Positions 39,707 to 52,454 of a stretch of DNA of 64,000 bases are shown in pieces. Source of the DNA: Ramazzottius varieornatus (Eukaryota > Animalia > Tardigrada); assembly GCA_001949185.1 (NCBI GenBank), contig BDGG01000005.1, positions 558,001-622,000 of the forward strand. Reading direction: 5' to 3'. Numbering within the stretch: the first letter of the stretch is position 1; the number at the start of each line of letters is the position of its first letter. The notes beneath the pieces were generated by a model. The model had not been told where the DNA came from and searched no databases. It was given only the letters and a program-made list of their open reading frames with translations. A program made the position numbers and the translations under genes.

Positions 39707-42700
39707 ATGACTCAAGCTTACGATATTGGCTCTAAACTGAGCGTCCGCCCAAATTTCGAGCGTGGTCACTATTTTCACGATGATCTAGAGCACGACAAGC
39801 TGCTGAGAGACTATGATGAGCCGACGCTGGCCGCTGCAAAACGGGACGAGTCGATAGCCGGAGCTTTCAAGCGGGAGAACTATGGGTCCATCGTCACGTC
39901 GCGCTCGCGCAGAGGGACCTACCGCAGTAAAGCAAGAACCCTTCTCAGTGCTGGCGATGGACTACAGGCTAATTTGACTTTTGAAAACATCAACGTAGTT
40001 TCCGTCCCAAATAAGCGAGATGACGATGGTTTGGCCAAGTCCGTCCAGCTGCTGAATAACGGTCAGTATTTTCGCTTCCGGTGGAACGAGAACAGCCGTG
40101 TTTTGGGTCACAGCTATCGTGCTGAGTTTGTTATGCCTTTTAGTCAGTGGAATTGTTCGTTCGGGTGAAGTCACCGCCGTTATGGGGGCAAGGTAGGATT
40201 CTTGTCTTTTTTCTGTACTGTACGTGAAACCAACGCTCGTTTATTTCAATATAGCATAAGGTCGGTCCGTCATTGTCGTGTTCCAACGTAAAAGGCTAAA
40301 CGCACTGTTTTCTTTGCTAAACTAAGGCTTGTTTCAGTGGCGCGGGAAAGTCCACCTTGATGAACGTTTTGACCTACCGAAACCTAAGCGACAACCTGTT
40401 GATAGATGGCTCTGTCAAAGTGAACGGTGTTGAGCTGGGTCCTGCAATATCGCAGATTTCCGGATATGTTCAACAAGACGATTTGTTCTTTCCCACCCTC
40501 ACAGTGCGCGAACACATGCAGTTCCAGGCCGCTTTACGAATTGGTAGACTGTTGACGACACAAGAACGTGAGAATCGCATCGACGACCTACTAACTTTGG
40601 TAAGAATTTTGCGCGACCTCATTGTGCCTGTTACTATCTCACTTTAACCGATAACCTTGATTCACGCTTTACTGATAGTCGTTCCTGGCATTTTCAGAAT
40701 GTGTAAAGACTACAGACTTGTGTTCGTGCTTGATTTCTAGATGGGACTGAAGAAATGCCAGTATACAAGGATCGGAGTTCCGGGCGTGGAAAAGAGCCTT
40801 TCCGGTGGAGAAAGCAAGCGCTTGGCTTTTGCTACCGAGGTTTGTCTGATCACTCCATTGTTAAATTTCCTTCACTTTGATTCAGCTTGGATTTGCTTTA
40901 CCTGTTTCTCTTTGACTTTACAGCTAATCGTGAACCCTGCCATCCTGTTCTGCGATGAACCAACCACGGGACTGGATGCTTTTATGGCCGAGCAGGTACA
41001 TAATGGTTTGCATGGATGAACTACTCTTGGAGAATACAGTCGGTGTTCAGCTGTGTTTCTGTGGCAAGGTGGTCCATGTGCTGCAACAACTCGCGCGGCA
41101 AGGAAAGACGATTATTTGCGTCATTCACCAACCGGCTTCTCATGTTTTCAACATGTTCACTAGGTAGGGCTCTCCAAGACCTTAGCCATTTTAGCTGCTT
41201 GTAGTCAAAGCATTTAAGAGTGTCAGTCGATGACGCACGTAAATGGCTTGGTGCTGGGGTTTTCCTAGATTGCTGTTGCTGGCGGAAGGACGAGTAGCGT
41301 ATCACGGAAGTCCCGATGGTGGCTTGAAGTTCTTCACGTCCATCGGATATCCTTGCCCTGAGTCTTTCAATGGTAAATATGAATCGATTTCAGCAATAAT
41401 CGATGGATATCCTACCGTTGTGTTTTTCATAGGAGCGGAACATTTCATCAAGACTCTTGCCATAACGAGTGATCGAATTGTGGAGTGCAAGGAGAAGGTC
41501 AACGGGATCTGCGACCTGTTCGATCGGTCGTCCGACGCCGCTGAAGTCCGAAGAGCTATTGAGGAGACGAATGGTCGGCGTAGCGAAATAGAAATGCGCT
41601 CCGTGTTTGTGTCAGACCAGGAATCCAGGTATGTTTAAGCGAGCTGTTATCCGATCGACAGCGAAAGTCCCACAATATGACCTATCTGACCGTAGAACGA
41701 AGAATCCCCAGCACCTTTACGTCGGTGTCCTTTCTTTTCAGCTATCGGGTATCTGCGTTGGTTCAGTTGAAATGGCTCATATGGAGGTCGATGCTGGACA
41801 ACATCCGCAATCCTGACATGTTCAGAGTACGGACTGTCCAGAAGATTGTAGGTGTAGTTTCTCCCGGTCTGATATAAGCCGCTAGGCCGTCGTTTGCGAT
41901 GCATCGTGAACTATCAAGGATTTTTCCTTTAGGTTATCGCCATAATTTACGGTTTGGTCTACATGGGTGGAGTGAAGCCTACTCAGGAAGGCATACAGAA
42001 CGTCAACGGTGCCTTGTTCCTGTATATGACGGAGAACTCCTTTGCTCCTATGCTGGACCTCGTTGCAGTAAGTCAATTTTATATCCCCCAGAACGTTTCC
42101 AGAAGAGAGGAAACTCGTACTCATTGAATTGCAGGTATTCCAGCGAGGGATAGCCTTATTCAAAAGAGAACATTCTGCATACATGTACAGGTTGTCTATC
42201 TATTACCTGTCACAAATTATTGGCTGGGTGAGTACAAAGCTATGTATTGCTGTCAGGTTCTCAGATGGTTGCTGTTAGATGGTCACAAGGTGTTTGGTTT
42301 AGCTTCCTTCCTTTGCTGTGGATGCTTCCGTCTTTTGCGTGATAACGTATTTCATGGTCGGACTGGTGCCTGATTGGTACAAGTTCCTGGTGACGTTCGT
42401 CATTTGCATCATTACAGGTAAGGTCCATGGAACTACGGTGTCTGATAATTGCTAAAGTGTCTCCAACTCCCTGCTTCTCGTTAAAGCTAACGTGGCTGCT
42501 GCCTCCGGAAGCCTGGTGTCTGCCGTCTCGCCAAATGTCGACGTTGGGCTGGTCATCGCTCCAACTGTGACCGTTGTGGTCATGTTGTTCGGAGGTGGAG
42601 TCTACCTGAAGCTGAAGTAAGTTCCAGCAGATACTCGTTTTATGCATGTTGCGAACTTGCAGTATATGAACACTTGTCCTTTTCCTATGGAGAACCCTAC

Positions 42701-43293
42701 CGCCGTATTTGCGATGGATCCAATGGTGAGAAAACACTACCTGCTGTGCACCGAGAAGGTTTTCGAGTAGGGGAAACGCTTAGAAATTTTCCGGTCTTTG
42801 TAGGTTCAGCTGGTTCCGCTACGGCAACGAAATACTGGGCGTGACTCACTGGGATGGTGTCGCTAATATCAGTAAGTATGATTTCTTCAAAAACGGACAG
42901 GGAGCATCAACTGAGCAAATGCGACGTACCATCAAATTGGAAACGCACCATCTTTTCTGGTTCGCCATTGCTTAGTCATGACTTATCCCTGGTGATCGAG
43001 AATAAGGCAGCTCAGCCAACGAAAATTCTACTTGCTTTATTGTAGCATGTCCGGCGGACCCGACCATGCCCTGCATCCAGACGGGAGCTGAAGTAATGGT
43101 AGACAACGAATACAACCCGGTAAGACGCGCCGTTCGAGCACAGCAACATTAGTTTGTTGTTTCAAAGACTGTACGTGTGTCTTTTCTCCTATAGGCGAAG
43201 CTCAGGTTCGATTTCGGTATGTTGGCGGCTCTGTATGCAGGTTTCCATCTCTGTGCCTACCTTGCCCTATACCGGAAATACGGTAGGCGGTGA
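39707..43293 (+). CDS. ABCG half-transporter, white/scarlet family
   Basis: Walker A split across an intron (VMGAS|GAGKSTLMN), [10 protein letters not shown], signature [14 protein letters not shown], Walker [13 protein letters not shown]-loop IHQP, C-terminal TMD ([16 protein letters not shown]). ATG at 39707, stop TGA at 43291-43293. Confidence 0.93.
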
Positions 43294-45132
43294 TTACTGC
43301 CTATCAGGCCATTACATGTCTAGCTCCAGAACCATTCCTTAGAGGTTCTTGAAATAACTGCGATTGTTTGTTCGTCCGTTTGCTGTACACTCAACTCGCA
43401 GCCCGAGGTTTTTACTACAACGAAGCTTTCATATGAGCTTACAGCATATTCCGTGAATTTTCATGGCGGTGATCGAAATCCGTAGTTCCGAAAGTATGAG
43501 TCGTCCAGTCTAACAACTATTATCGGATGGATGTAATAACTAACCGCGATGACACGTGCACGTGTAGGACAGTCGTGGGACCAACCGCAGAATCGCCCGT
43601 ATGGATCAGCTTCACTTGACAAATCGTGTGAGCAGCGGATTACGGGATTAGCCGCCTGAAAGGTGAGAACGGTGTTTGGTGAAGAAGAATTCGTTTACGG
43701 ACAACGGTGTATACATGATCCATCATCTTACCGGAAGTCGCAATTAGCCACGCAGAGCGGCGTTCCGTTAGTTTGACGAGGGGAGATTTCCTGCCTGGTT
43801 AGCGATATGATAGAATGCGCATTCAAAGCATCTTTTGATCAAGCCAAACCTGACAAAGCGATTGAGTGGTTATTACAGGAAGAGAAGTGAATTGATCGGC
43901 GGTTTGCATGGACGTCGTCGCAACCATTACAAGTTATGAAGTGTATCGTCAATCTTTATGGGCGAACGGTGGGAGCCATCATTTGACATGGCTGCTGAAC
44001 ATTTCGACTATTAATCATGACGATAACAAGTCCCCCATTGCACACGTCGAAATCGTAAAGAAGACAATTCAGAGCACGGCCATATTTGTCAGTAAACCAA
44101 CCGAGCATGTTTGGCAAATGGGACGATTACACAAATTTCATCACTAACGGATGTTCTGCGCATTCATCCTCGAGGTTCTCATCGGGACTGGTGCCGTATC
44201 ACACGTAATAATTAAACCACATGCAGGGAAGACTTTGTGGCGCGTGATCATGATGGTGAAGGCCGATCTTATGAAAAACTTTTGAGAATAAGTAATTATA
44301 CCGATTGGGTACGACTGAGATATTTTGCAAGAGGTCTTGGACCTTCGCTCGGATAAATAGATGTCATCCCCAAAGTGTGACATGTTTCTTTACCAACCGA
44401 CGATTAATATATGTTTCGATCAGCTTGTCCCACGGAAGTCAACCTGATGATTTACGTAGGGAAACGGAGGCGGCAACCGGCAGGGCGTCGTACGTACTTA
44501 ATGCACTGTATCCAACCTAAAGTATCTTGGGAAAGATGACTATCTAGATCCCCGGGAGACCTCCTGCTGATCTGGAGCTAAGCCATGCCTTAAAAGTTTA
44601 TCCTACCTGAACGATGGATTTGTCAAACATAGCCGCTGGTCGTCCTAATGCCGGCGGACCCGGCAAATTTACTCACGACGTGATCAAATCTACGGAAAAC
44701 CATCGGCGCGGCGAACCGCGTCCCTCCAGCTAACTTATCCGAAATACATACAGTACGTATGAATATTTCGCAGTTATTGGATACTCAGACTGCTAAAATC
44801 GTCTTGCTGAGATGAAGAAGAAATGACCCGAATGTTCCCAAATACAGTACAAAGAACCAGACAAAGTGGTGAACAGACCTCAAGTGGAGCGGTTCTGCAT
44901 CTAAGGCACAGCACATTCAAATTTTAACACTACCGCCTGCCAGGATGATACCGCGCTGTACCACTGTACCTTACGCAGTGATTCGTCGGCACGGGCTGGA
45001 TGGGCGGCCTCGCGCCAGCTGCACAGCTCCAGATCAAATTTTACAACAGGGCGTATCTAGTGGTCTTGTCCAGATTGCCATGAAGTTGACAGGAAGTGGT
45101 ATCCTTGCAGTTCCCACTTCGAAACTTCTGAC

Positions 45133-45140
45133 TATATAAA
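45133..45140 (+). promoter_or_regulatory. TATA box of the BH3-only-like gene
   Basis: TATATAAA about 210 bp upstream of ATG 45346, with Inr-like sequences (cattaca, gcagtt) about 25-40 bp downstream. Confidence 0.5.
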
Positions 45141-45345
45141 CATTACATTCTCTTCGCTGAGCATTACACTTTGCAGTTCACAGTCAACGATCGCTACCTG
45201 TTCACAGATGGCTATCTTCTGTCGGACGTAGCTGAAGCCAGTGTATCATTGTGTAGTATACACTCACGGATCCTTCAACCTTGATCTTACTCCCGATTGC
45301 TGCCGTTTTTGAACTACGTTCCCCAGTACGATTTCATCTGCTGCA

Positions 45346-48300
45346 ATGGTCGATCAACGGTGAGTAAACTTGCATTCATTTCGGGTGGACAGTTTTCATC
45401 ATTCTTGGTCTCGTCTGCTTAGGATCATATCCCAGCTCCCCACCGAGTCATCCGACGCTACTCCGTGGTCCCCTGCTCACACTGACGACAGCGGCTACTA
45501 TTCCCCTCGCGGATCTTCCTCCTGTCCTCCCAACACCCGCTTCTTCCCCGCTGCTAGTGACGCTAACTTCGGACCAAACACTTCGGACGAGGAAGACGAT
45601 GTTTTCACCATGTTGACCAACGAAGAAGCTACACAGTCCCAACCGGAACTCGACATGGATCAACAGTTAGCCGTCGTCAGATTATCCGCATCACCCTTGC
45701 TGCTCGATCGTCCTCGCGCACTAAGCTTCCCCTTGGATGCCTACACCTCAACTGGACATTCCCTCATAATGCGGCGTCATTTGTTGCGTCGATCCTCAGC
45801 GAGCCTCTTTTGGGAGAACTTTCGCCCCCTAGAAGCATTCCAATTGAACCAGTCCGCGGGCAGAAATTCCCCCAATGGTAAGTGTAAGTCTCCTTATTTT
45901 TCAGTCAATGAGTAACGGTAGCAATTAGTCGAGTGAAATTAACTGGTACATCATATTATGATGGCGAAGTGGTATGAGAACATTCACCTGTTGAGGTGTG
46001 TTTATCTAGCGCAATGAGATCAGAGTTTGCCCATTTCGGTCTTCCTGAGTAAATTGTTTCTTTTGCTCCAGAAGAGGCTAGAAGGAATCGAAGAAGGAAT
46101 TACGGGACCACAGAGGAGAAGTAGATATAGTCTTTTTCTGTCTCTCGAAACGTCGAGTCTCGAAAGCTTTCTCAAAGTGGCGGCAGAGAGCGATAAACAC
46201 TGTAATTAAGAGCACTCCATTAACAGCGACGATTTCTTCCCTGTTGCGGCGTTTAGGGATCATCGGAAGTCAAGTAGCTCTAGTTACACCTGTTGTTTTG
46301 TTGGATGTCTCGGTTTTGCCCAAACCAGTTGTTTTCCTGGCCGGACACCGCAACATACCAGAAGAGAACGAGAAGGAAGTTTCTATGATGGACATGCTAA
46401 TCACTCTGATCTTGGTTGAGGCCTCTATTACAGTATAAAGCAGCTGGTCAAATTTCATGTCTTCGACCACTAGTGTTGATAGTGGCGCACTTCGATGTCG
46501 TAAGAGCAGATAGATCATAACAAGTTTTGCAACAGCCAAATACTGTATCAACGGACAAAGCGAGAAGATCGCATTTTTAGCCCAGAAGACGAGACGGTCA
46601 TTTTGATAATATTATTCCACAGTAGAGGAACACGTTAGAGAGACTTGGCGCCAGCTGTCAATCGCCGGTCGAAGTGCACGTGCGGCCGTCATAATTGCTC
46701 GCTCCAATGTCCACTCACTTGTCCACTTGTCTTCACCCCTAGAAACCTTCTAAAATCATCCACCTGGCGATGTATTTTTTCAGATTATGTTGAAACCTTT
46801 TTTATCGTTTCTCTTGGTTTTTGCAGGTGATGATATCGATGGCGAGGTTCCCGACATGGGTCCTTCCCCTCCCAAAAAGATCGAACTGGTTCGCGCACCC
46901 GAAGATGAGCCGCTCAGCGATCATGGAGCTTCCTCGACCGCGTCTCACTCGCCCGACATGTTTCGAGACGAAGAAGCCAGCTGGGACCTGCCCGACATCG
47001 TCACTTCCGGTCTGCGCCCACGAAGAAAGCGAACCCTGTCGGAGGCCGACGCGACGCGGATGAAGAAGCTCGAGTACCGCATCGCCTGTCGACTGGCCCA
47101 GATTGGCGACGAATTTGACCTGCAAATGTTCCAGACTACGGTAAGCACTGCAACTATTTTTCGATGCGCAAATATCTTCTCTTCGGTCATCAGTTGGTGG
47201 GCGGAAGCTGTTTGTTTATCCCCAAACCGTTCTTAGGATGACAACAAAATGCCGCTGTCGTTACAAAAGTCATATCCCTCGCTTGACATCACAAACATAG
47301 AACCACCTTCCATACTGACTGCTGAGCGACTCCATAATATAAAGATGACGTCTGAAAAGCCGCACTTTTACGGCTTGCAAGTTGAAACGTCGTCTCGGTT
47401 GAGTCTCTTCGTTTGTCAAGAGTGAAGTGTTTGCTTAGCAGTTACACATTTGCAACACGTGTTGCGAAGTCTTTAAACTGAATTTGAACGGCGTTCGAAG
47501 GGCTGTTAACGCTTAGTCAAAAGAGGGAGTTGCCCATCGTCGATGGTAATCAGGAGCAAGTCAAGCACATCGGAAATGTCACAATTTAGTTTATTTACTC
47601 CGCTTCACCCCGCTTCGAAGCAGTATCCCGCTTTGATGCGCTTCGATGTGCTTTGTTAAGCAGGATATTTGATTAACTGACAATTTTGTACACTGAGCGG
47701 GTCTCTTTTATGGGAGAGACGTTACTGCAAGGTGGCACAGTCAGTAAAAACGGAAGGGCCGATAATGCGTTTCGTCGTAATTAACATTAGTATTAGTATT
47801 TGTATGATCGCTAGTTGTTTGGGATCCCTTTTCACTCTCATCATGTTAACACCGAAGTGACGATTGCGATGGTATTCTAACAGCGCACAATAGCACACAA
47901 AACAATTGGATAATTAGATCAGAAGGATTTCCGGAAGAGCGCCTCCCCGTTATAAAGGTTTATTAAGAGGCAGTTTGGGTTAAGTGAACGGATATAAATT
48001 AGTGCGGGATGGCAGAACAGGACATGAACAGTGTGAGGGAAGACTCGATATTTTGGGCGAAAGATGGGGCCTATCAAAACTTGTTCTTTTGTTTGGAGAC
48101 ATAATGTGATTACGGTGGAAAATGTTTGACTAAGGGAAAGAAGAGATGTCAACTATGAAGAGTCAAGGCAGATATGAGATTGATGCCCTTAAAAGGTCCC
48201 TCGCGATCGGTCGTATGTCCGCACCTGCGTTGACTTATGATTATCAAGTGGCTGATTCCATCTCTGATTATACCTTTCAAGTGCAAATTTACCCAGTCGA

Positions 48301-49012
48301 ATAAACAGAGTGAAGATGTTCAAAGTCGTGGGCTTGACGCGTGCTGAAGTCCTCTAATGACGGATTTTAAAATCAATTTCAAACATGTTATCACAAGTCG
48401 TCCGACATACACGTTTCGCCAAACTGCTCTGTGCTGCTCAATCAAAACTCCAATTCGGAACTTTTGTCGAAAAGCAAACTCAGCTTTTCAAGCCTGCGCC
48501 ATACTGAGACCGTTCCCGAACTTAAACTGCTCCAGTCCGACTCAATGGATAATACAAAGTGAACGTACTTCGCAATATTGTGCAAACTGTGAGCAAATTT
48601 TCGGACCGTTGGAAATTTGTCTGTAATTTGTTAGGTTACTGTGAAAAGCTGCCGGCACAATACCGGTACGTAGTTTTGTGTCCAAGTTGAGCTTGAGGCG
48701 ATCTTAGAGTACGGGACGCTCAAAGCGTCTGGGAAATTCAGAGAATTTCAACGGCCAAAGAAATGGCTTCTCTTTCCGCACACCTTTGCGAAAGTTCAAG
48801 GTCTATTGAACCCACTGATTGAATCGTTCGATATTGAAAATTTTCTTTTTTCCTTTCAGGATGCTATTGATGGACAAGGAAGCAGAGTACTAGGATGGAT
48901 TGGGTCCAGTTCGTCGGCTGTGGTGACTCGATTTTGGTATTACATCACACGTCAAGGAGGGCCGCCACCTGTCGGATCGTCTCGTCAAAGATCCCATTCC
49001 ATGGCTGAGTGA
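45346..49012 (+). CDS. Putative BH3-only pro-apoptotic protein (Bim/Bad-like features), 311 aa; exons 45346-45359, 45423-45877, 46827-47140, 48860-49012
   Basis: Four exons join in frame with strong GT-AG sites (936 nt). The protein is mostly Ser/Pro/acidic and low in complexity. It has one BH3 motif IACRLAQIGDEFD (47081-47119), no recognisable BH1/BH2, DSGYYS, and three RxRxxS sites. Confidence 0.75.
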
Positions 49013-49425
49013 CCACGAGGAGCGCTTGTCCATCTTTGAATAGGTTGAGTAATACCCTCCACTTGCAATAACACGAGCATGCCCGAGTGATCTTCTTCCT
49101 CCCTCCTCTCTTCTCTCCTTCCGACCGTCATCTGTAATTATTCTCCGCTTTTTATCGTCATTTTTATTGACTTAGTGCATAGTCCTCTTCGTTGTTCCGT
49201 CTCCCAACCGTTCTCTTTGTGCCTGGTGTCTCTTAAACGGCTCCCAAAGCATGTTGAGTCTGAAGCTTTTCTAAATTAGCGTTGGGCGTGGTCGAGGTTT
49301 AGTCTGAATTTCCACTTTATAGTGCTTTTATATTTTTGGCTAACCTCGGATCTCTCAGGTCGGTTTTACTGGACCTTGTAACCTAATACTCTTTCTTCTA
49401 GAATCGGAACCGATCTTTTCCCCTT

Positions 49426-49445
49426 TGCACTGCACTGCACTGCAC
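49426..49445 (+). repeat. (TGCAC)4 microsatellite in the 3' UTR of the BH3-only-like gene
   Basis: tgcactgcactgcactgcac read directly. Confidence 0.9.
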
Positions 49446-49659
49446 TACAGTATGCATCTTTACCGAATCTTGACACCGGTTGGAATTGTTTTGTACTCCG
49501 TTTTTCCGTCTGTACATTCGTCTTGATAAATAATCGCCTTGATCTCGCGTGTTTCTGCCCGAAGATAGCAGTAATTAATTGTCAGAATTGATTAGCGATG
49601 ATTAATGGGCTGCCCCCTTCGGACACTGTCAAGGCTTCGTCGAGCAAGACTTACTTACA

Positions 49660-50570
49660 ATAAATACTCGAATTTACGGAGGTTTCACAGCACCGGTAAT
49701 CGATCTTACTAAACAGACAGCTTAATTTATCGGGTCAAGTTAAGGCTATCAGACACAGGTGCAAAATGCCCACTGTATGCATACAAGGCTCATAATTCAT
49801 GCATAAGCGACTGATAATTGACGAGCAGCCGAACAACAGAGGCGGATTTCGTACAGGTGGTGTTCCAAAGCGCTGAAGCGTATCCATATTTACCAAAAAT
49901 TTCTCAAAATCTGACAGAGATTTCGCAATGCAGGGGCAGCATGCAGCAGTAAATATTTTTAGCTAGTGTTCTTGCACCGAAACTTGTTTCGACAATCAAC
50001 AAACAAACAACAAAGGCCAGTCCCTCAACCGGACTACTTCCGGGACCAGAGCGTTGGTAAGAAAATTATATATGAAAATGCAACTTAAGTAGCTGGTACA
50101 AAATCTCGCCAAATATGGTCATCAAATAAGGGCCGAAACGGTCAAACGATCGAGCTCGAATATCACTTGGTACACATTTGCCTTTACCGGCCGCGGATCC
50201 AGGTTTTCGCTCATATAACTTCAGAGTACGGGCAAGGAAGACAGTTGAATCAGTTCATGGTCAGGGCCAACTGTTACGATCTGGTATTCGAATTCAACGA
50301 CAGGTTTTCACCGCGGCTATCAAAACTGCAGCAGCACGAAATTGCTAGCTCAGTGAGATAATACTGATGCGCTTGAGGAAGATACTTTTGACATTTGGTG
50401 TGGGTTGTTAATTATTCAATAAGCGTATCTGTCTAATGATTACACTTGTAGTGCTCTATTAACAAAATGCACAACAACTGCTGATGAAATTAACGCTCTG
50501 TCCTCTTCATTAATGTATCTCCGGGGAATATTCAATAGATGGATGCGTACTCATCACGAGGCACTCTGTG
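49660..50570 (+). pseudogene. Decayed duplicate segment, copy A (paired with ~52455-53680); former coding or TE sequence
   Basis: Collinear shared blocks (cacaggtgcaaaatg, aggcggatttcgtacaggtggtgttc, tttgacatttggtgtggg...ctaatgattacacttgtag...aatgtatctccggggaatattc). The + frame reads DTFDIWCGLLIIQ*AYLSNDYTCSA...MYLRGIF, with an internal stop. Confidence 0.5.
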
Positions 50571-52454
50571 ATATATAAAGAGCGAATCTACAGAGCAGGC
50601 GTAATTCTCAACGCCCTGGATCTTCCGCCTCGGAACAATGGCCCCTGAAAATAACCTTTACACAGAATGATATTGTCCCCTTAAAGTGATAATCGAATTC
50701 AGTCAGTCGGAACCAATATTTATACTACTTATGTATTAATCGTCTGCTCGTCCTTCACTCTGAAGGCACAATTCACGCGAAGTGGACCTTCTTAGGACAA
50801 CCGGTTTGTGACGCGTGTTTGTCGCGTGGAAGAAGGTGGTCAATAACGGACACATCTTCACAATGTTAATATGGCTGCTTAAAGTAGCCATATCTGTTAC
50901 TCTTTTGTCGACCGGAGGTCAGTGACGGGCAGGTTGTCCACTCTAACGGGACGAGGGAGAAGAAGTGCTGAAGAGAGCGGAACTTCATCGCTTCCCTCCA
51001 GACTGTGCCAACGACAGATAACACAAGTCTTGAATAGCATGACTTCATTTTGAGGCGATCAATAAGTCACAGCAGGAGCTCTGTCGTGATGGAGCAGAAA
51101 TCATATTCAGCCTCAATAAAGAGATAATAGCTGTGGACGAAAACAAAGAGGATAAACACAGGTGTATCCCTTCAGGCAACGGCTTAATCTTTCTGACCTC
51201 ACCGGTCACTTTCGCTGTATGCGCGCTCTCTTCCGTGTCATCCTTGACAATCGAGACAAGTATAGTAGGCGCCACGAAGTCTGTAGTAATGTCTAGCGTA
51301 ATGTCTGAATCTAATATAGCACGACGAATTTGGAGATGGCCGTTGACAGACTGAAGGATGAATCCGTAGACCAAACCTTCTTCCGCTTACTTTATCTTAC
51401 GCACAAGACGTTGGTGCGATGCGAATTTGCAAATCGGGGAACGAATCACAGAGAAAGCCGGCATGGATTTGCCTCAGTTGGCAAATCGTGCGACCTTCCG
51501 ATTAGTCGCTTGATACTTATTGAAGGTGATATTTTAAACGTGTCAGGTACTACGCTGTGTATATCATCCATCAGCTAACCGGAAATCCAAATTAATCTAG
51601 TATAGCCGTACCCTGTTTGCCTGGTTAGTTCTACGAGGGAAGCTTCCTGCCTAGTCGGTGATATGACCGTCGACACTAAGCAAAATTATCGTACCTAACG
51701 GAATTTTTGTGCAATCAACCACGAGGACCAAAGGTGCCGTCGCTCCAGGAAGGGGTCGGTGTCATCTCTTCCCCTTAGTCTGGCGAGAGCTAAGAGCCAT
51801 AGCTGTCACGTAGAAGTATTAATATCACGATCGGCGTGTGACATATATGGTCTGAACGTTCCCTTGCTAGTCGAACAAACAAAATGAAGAAGCTCCAATA
51901 CTGCGATTTAACGAGTGCTAAAGCCTGGCAGTCGCAAAATAAAATCAGTCTCGACAAGTTGTCGTCTGACAAACACGTGGCCAAACCGGTCTTCCTTGCT
52001 TGATAGTACCGTAATACGGATATCCTCTCCGTAAAGAGCGAAGTCTTGCTGAAAAGCGCCACGGTGAAATCGTATGTGAAGTTTTGCACACCAATCATGG
52101 AAAAATATCTTGGTTTGATTCCCTAGTCTTTCAGGACATTCCATAGCAATCAAGCGGACCGTGACTATTCCTCCAGGACGCTACGAATGGACAAGGAAGC
52201 GACGTCTATGGAGGAGTATGCCCGGTTTTGCAAATACTTCACAGGTCGCGCAAGTGCGCCCCCTGTCGAATCGTCCAGTCAAGGATCACATTAGCCATTT
52301 TTCAACTTATTAACTTGCTGCATAGGCACCTTAGTGGTTCCGTTCCTGTCTGGCGGTCTTTCCCATTCTCATAGTCTGATCTTACGAATCCCGCAGGCGT
52401 TCACACATCCTCCATCGAAGTCGAAACTTCGCGCAGCGGTAGCGATAAAGTGCG

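Noticed and set aside
44103-44112. p53 half-site GAGCATGTTT upstream of the BH3 candidate
   Set aside because: Only one half-site, and the adjacent decamer does not fit RRRCWWGYYY. Expected by chance.
52253-52270. CTCF-like motif (CGACAGGGGGCGC on the - strand)
   Set aside because: A single motif match within decayed sequence, with no supporting context.
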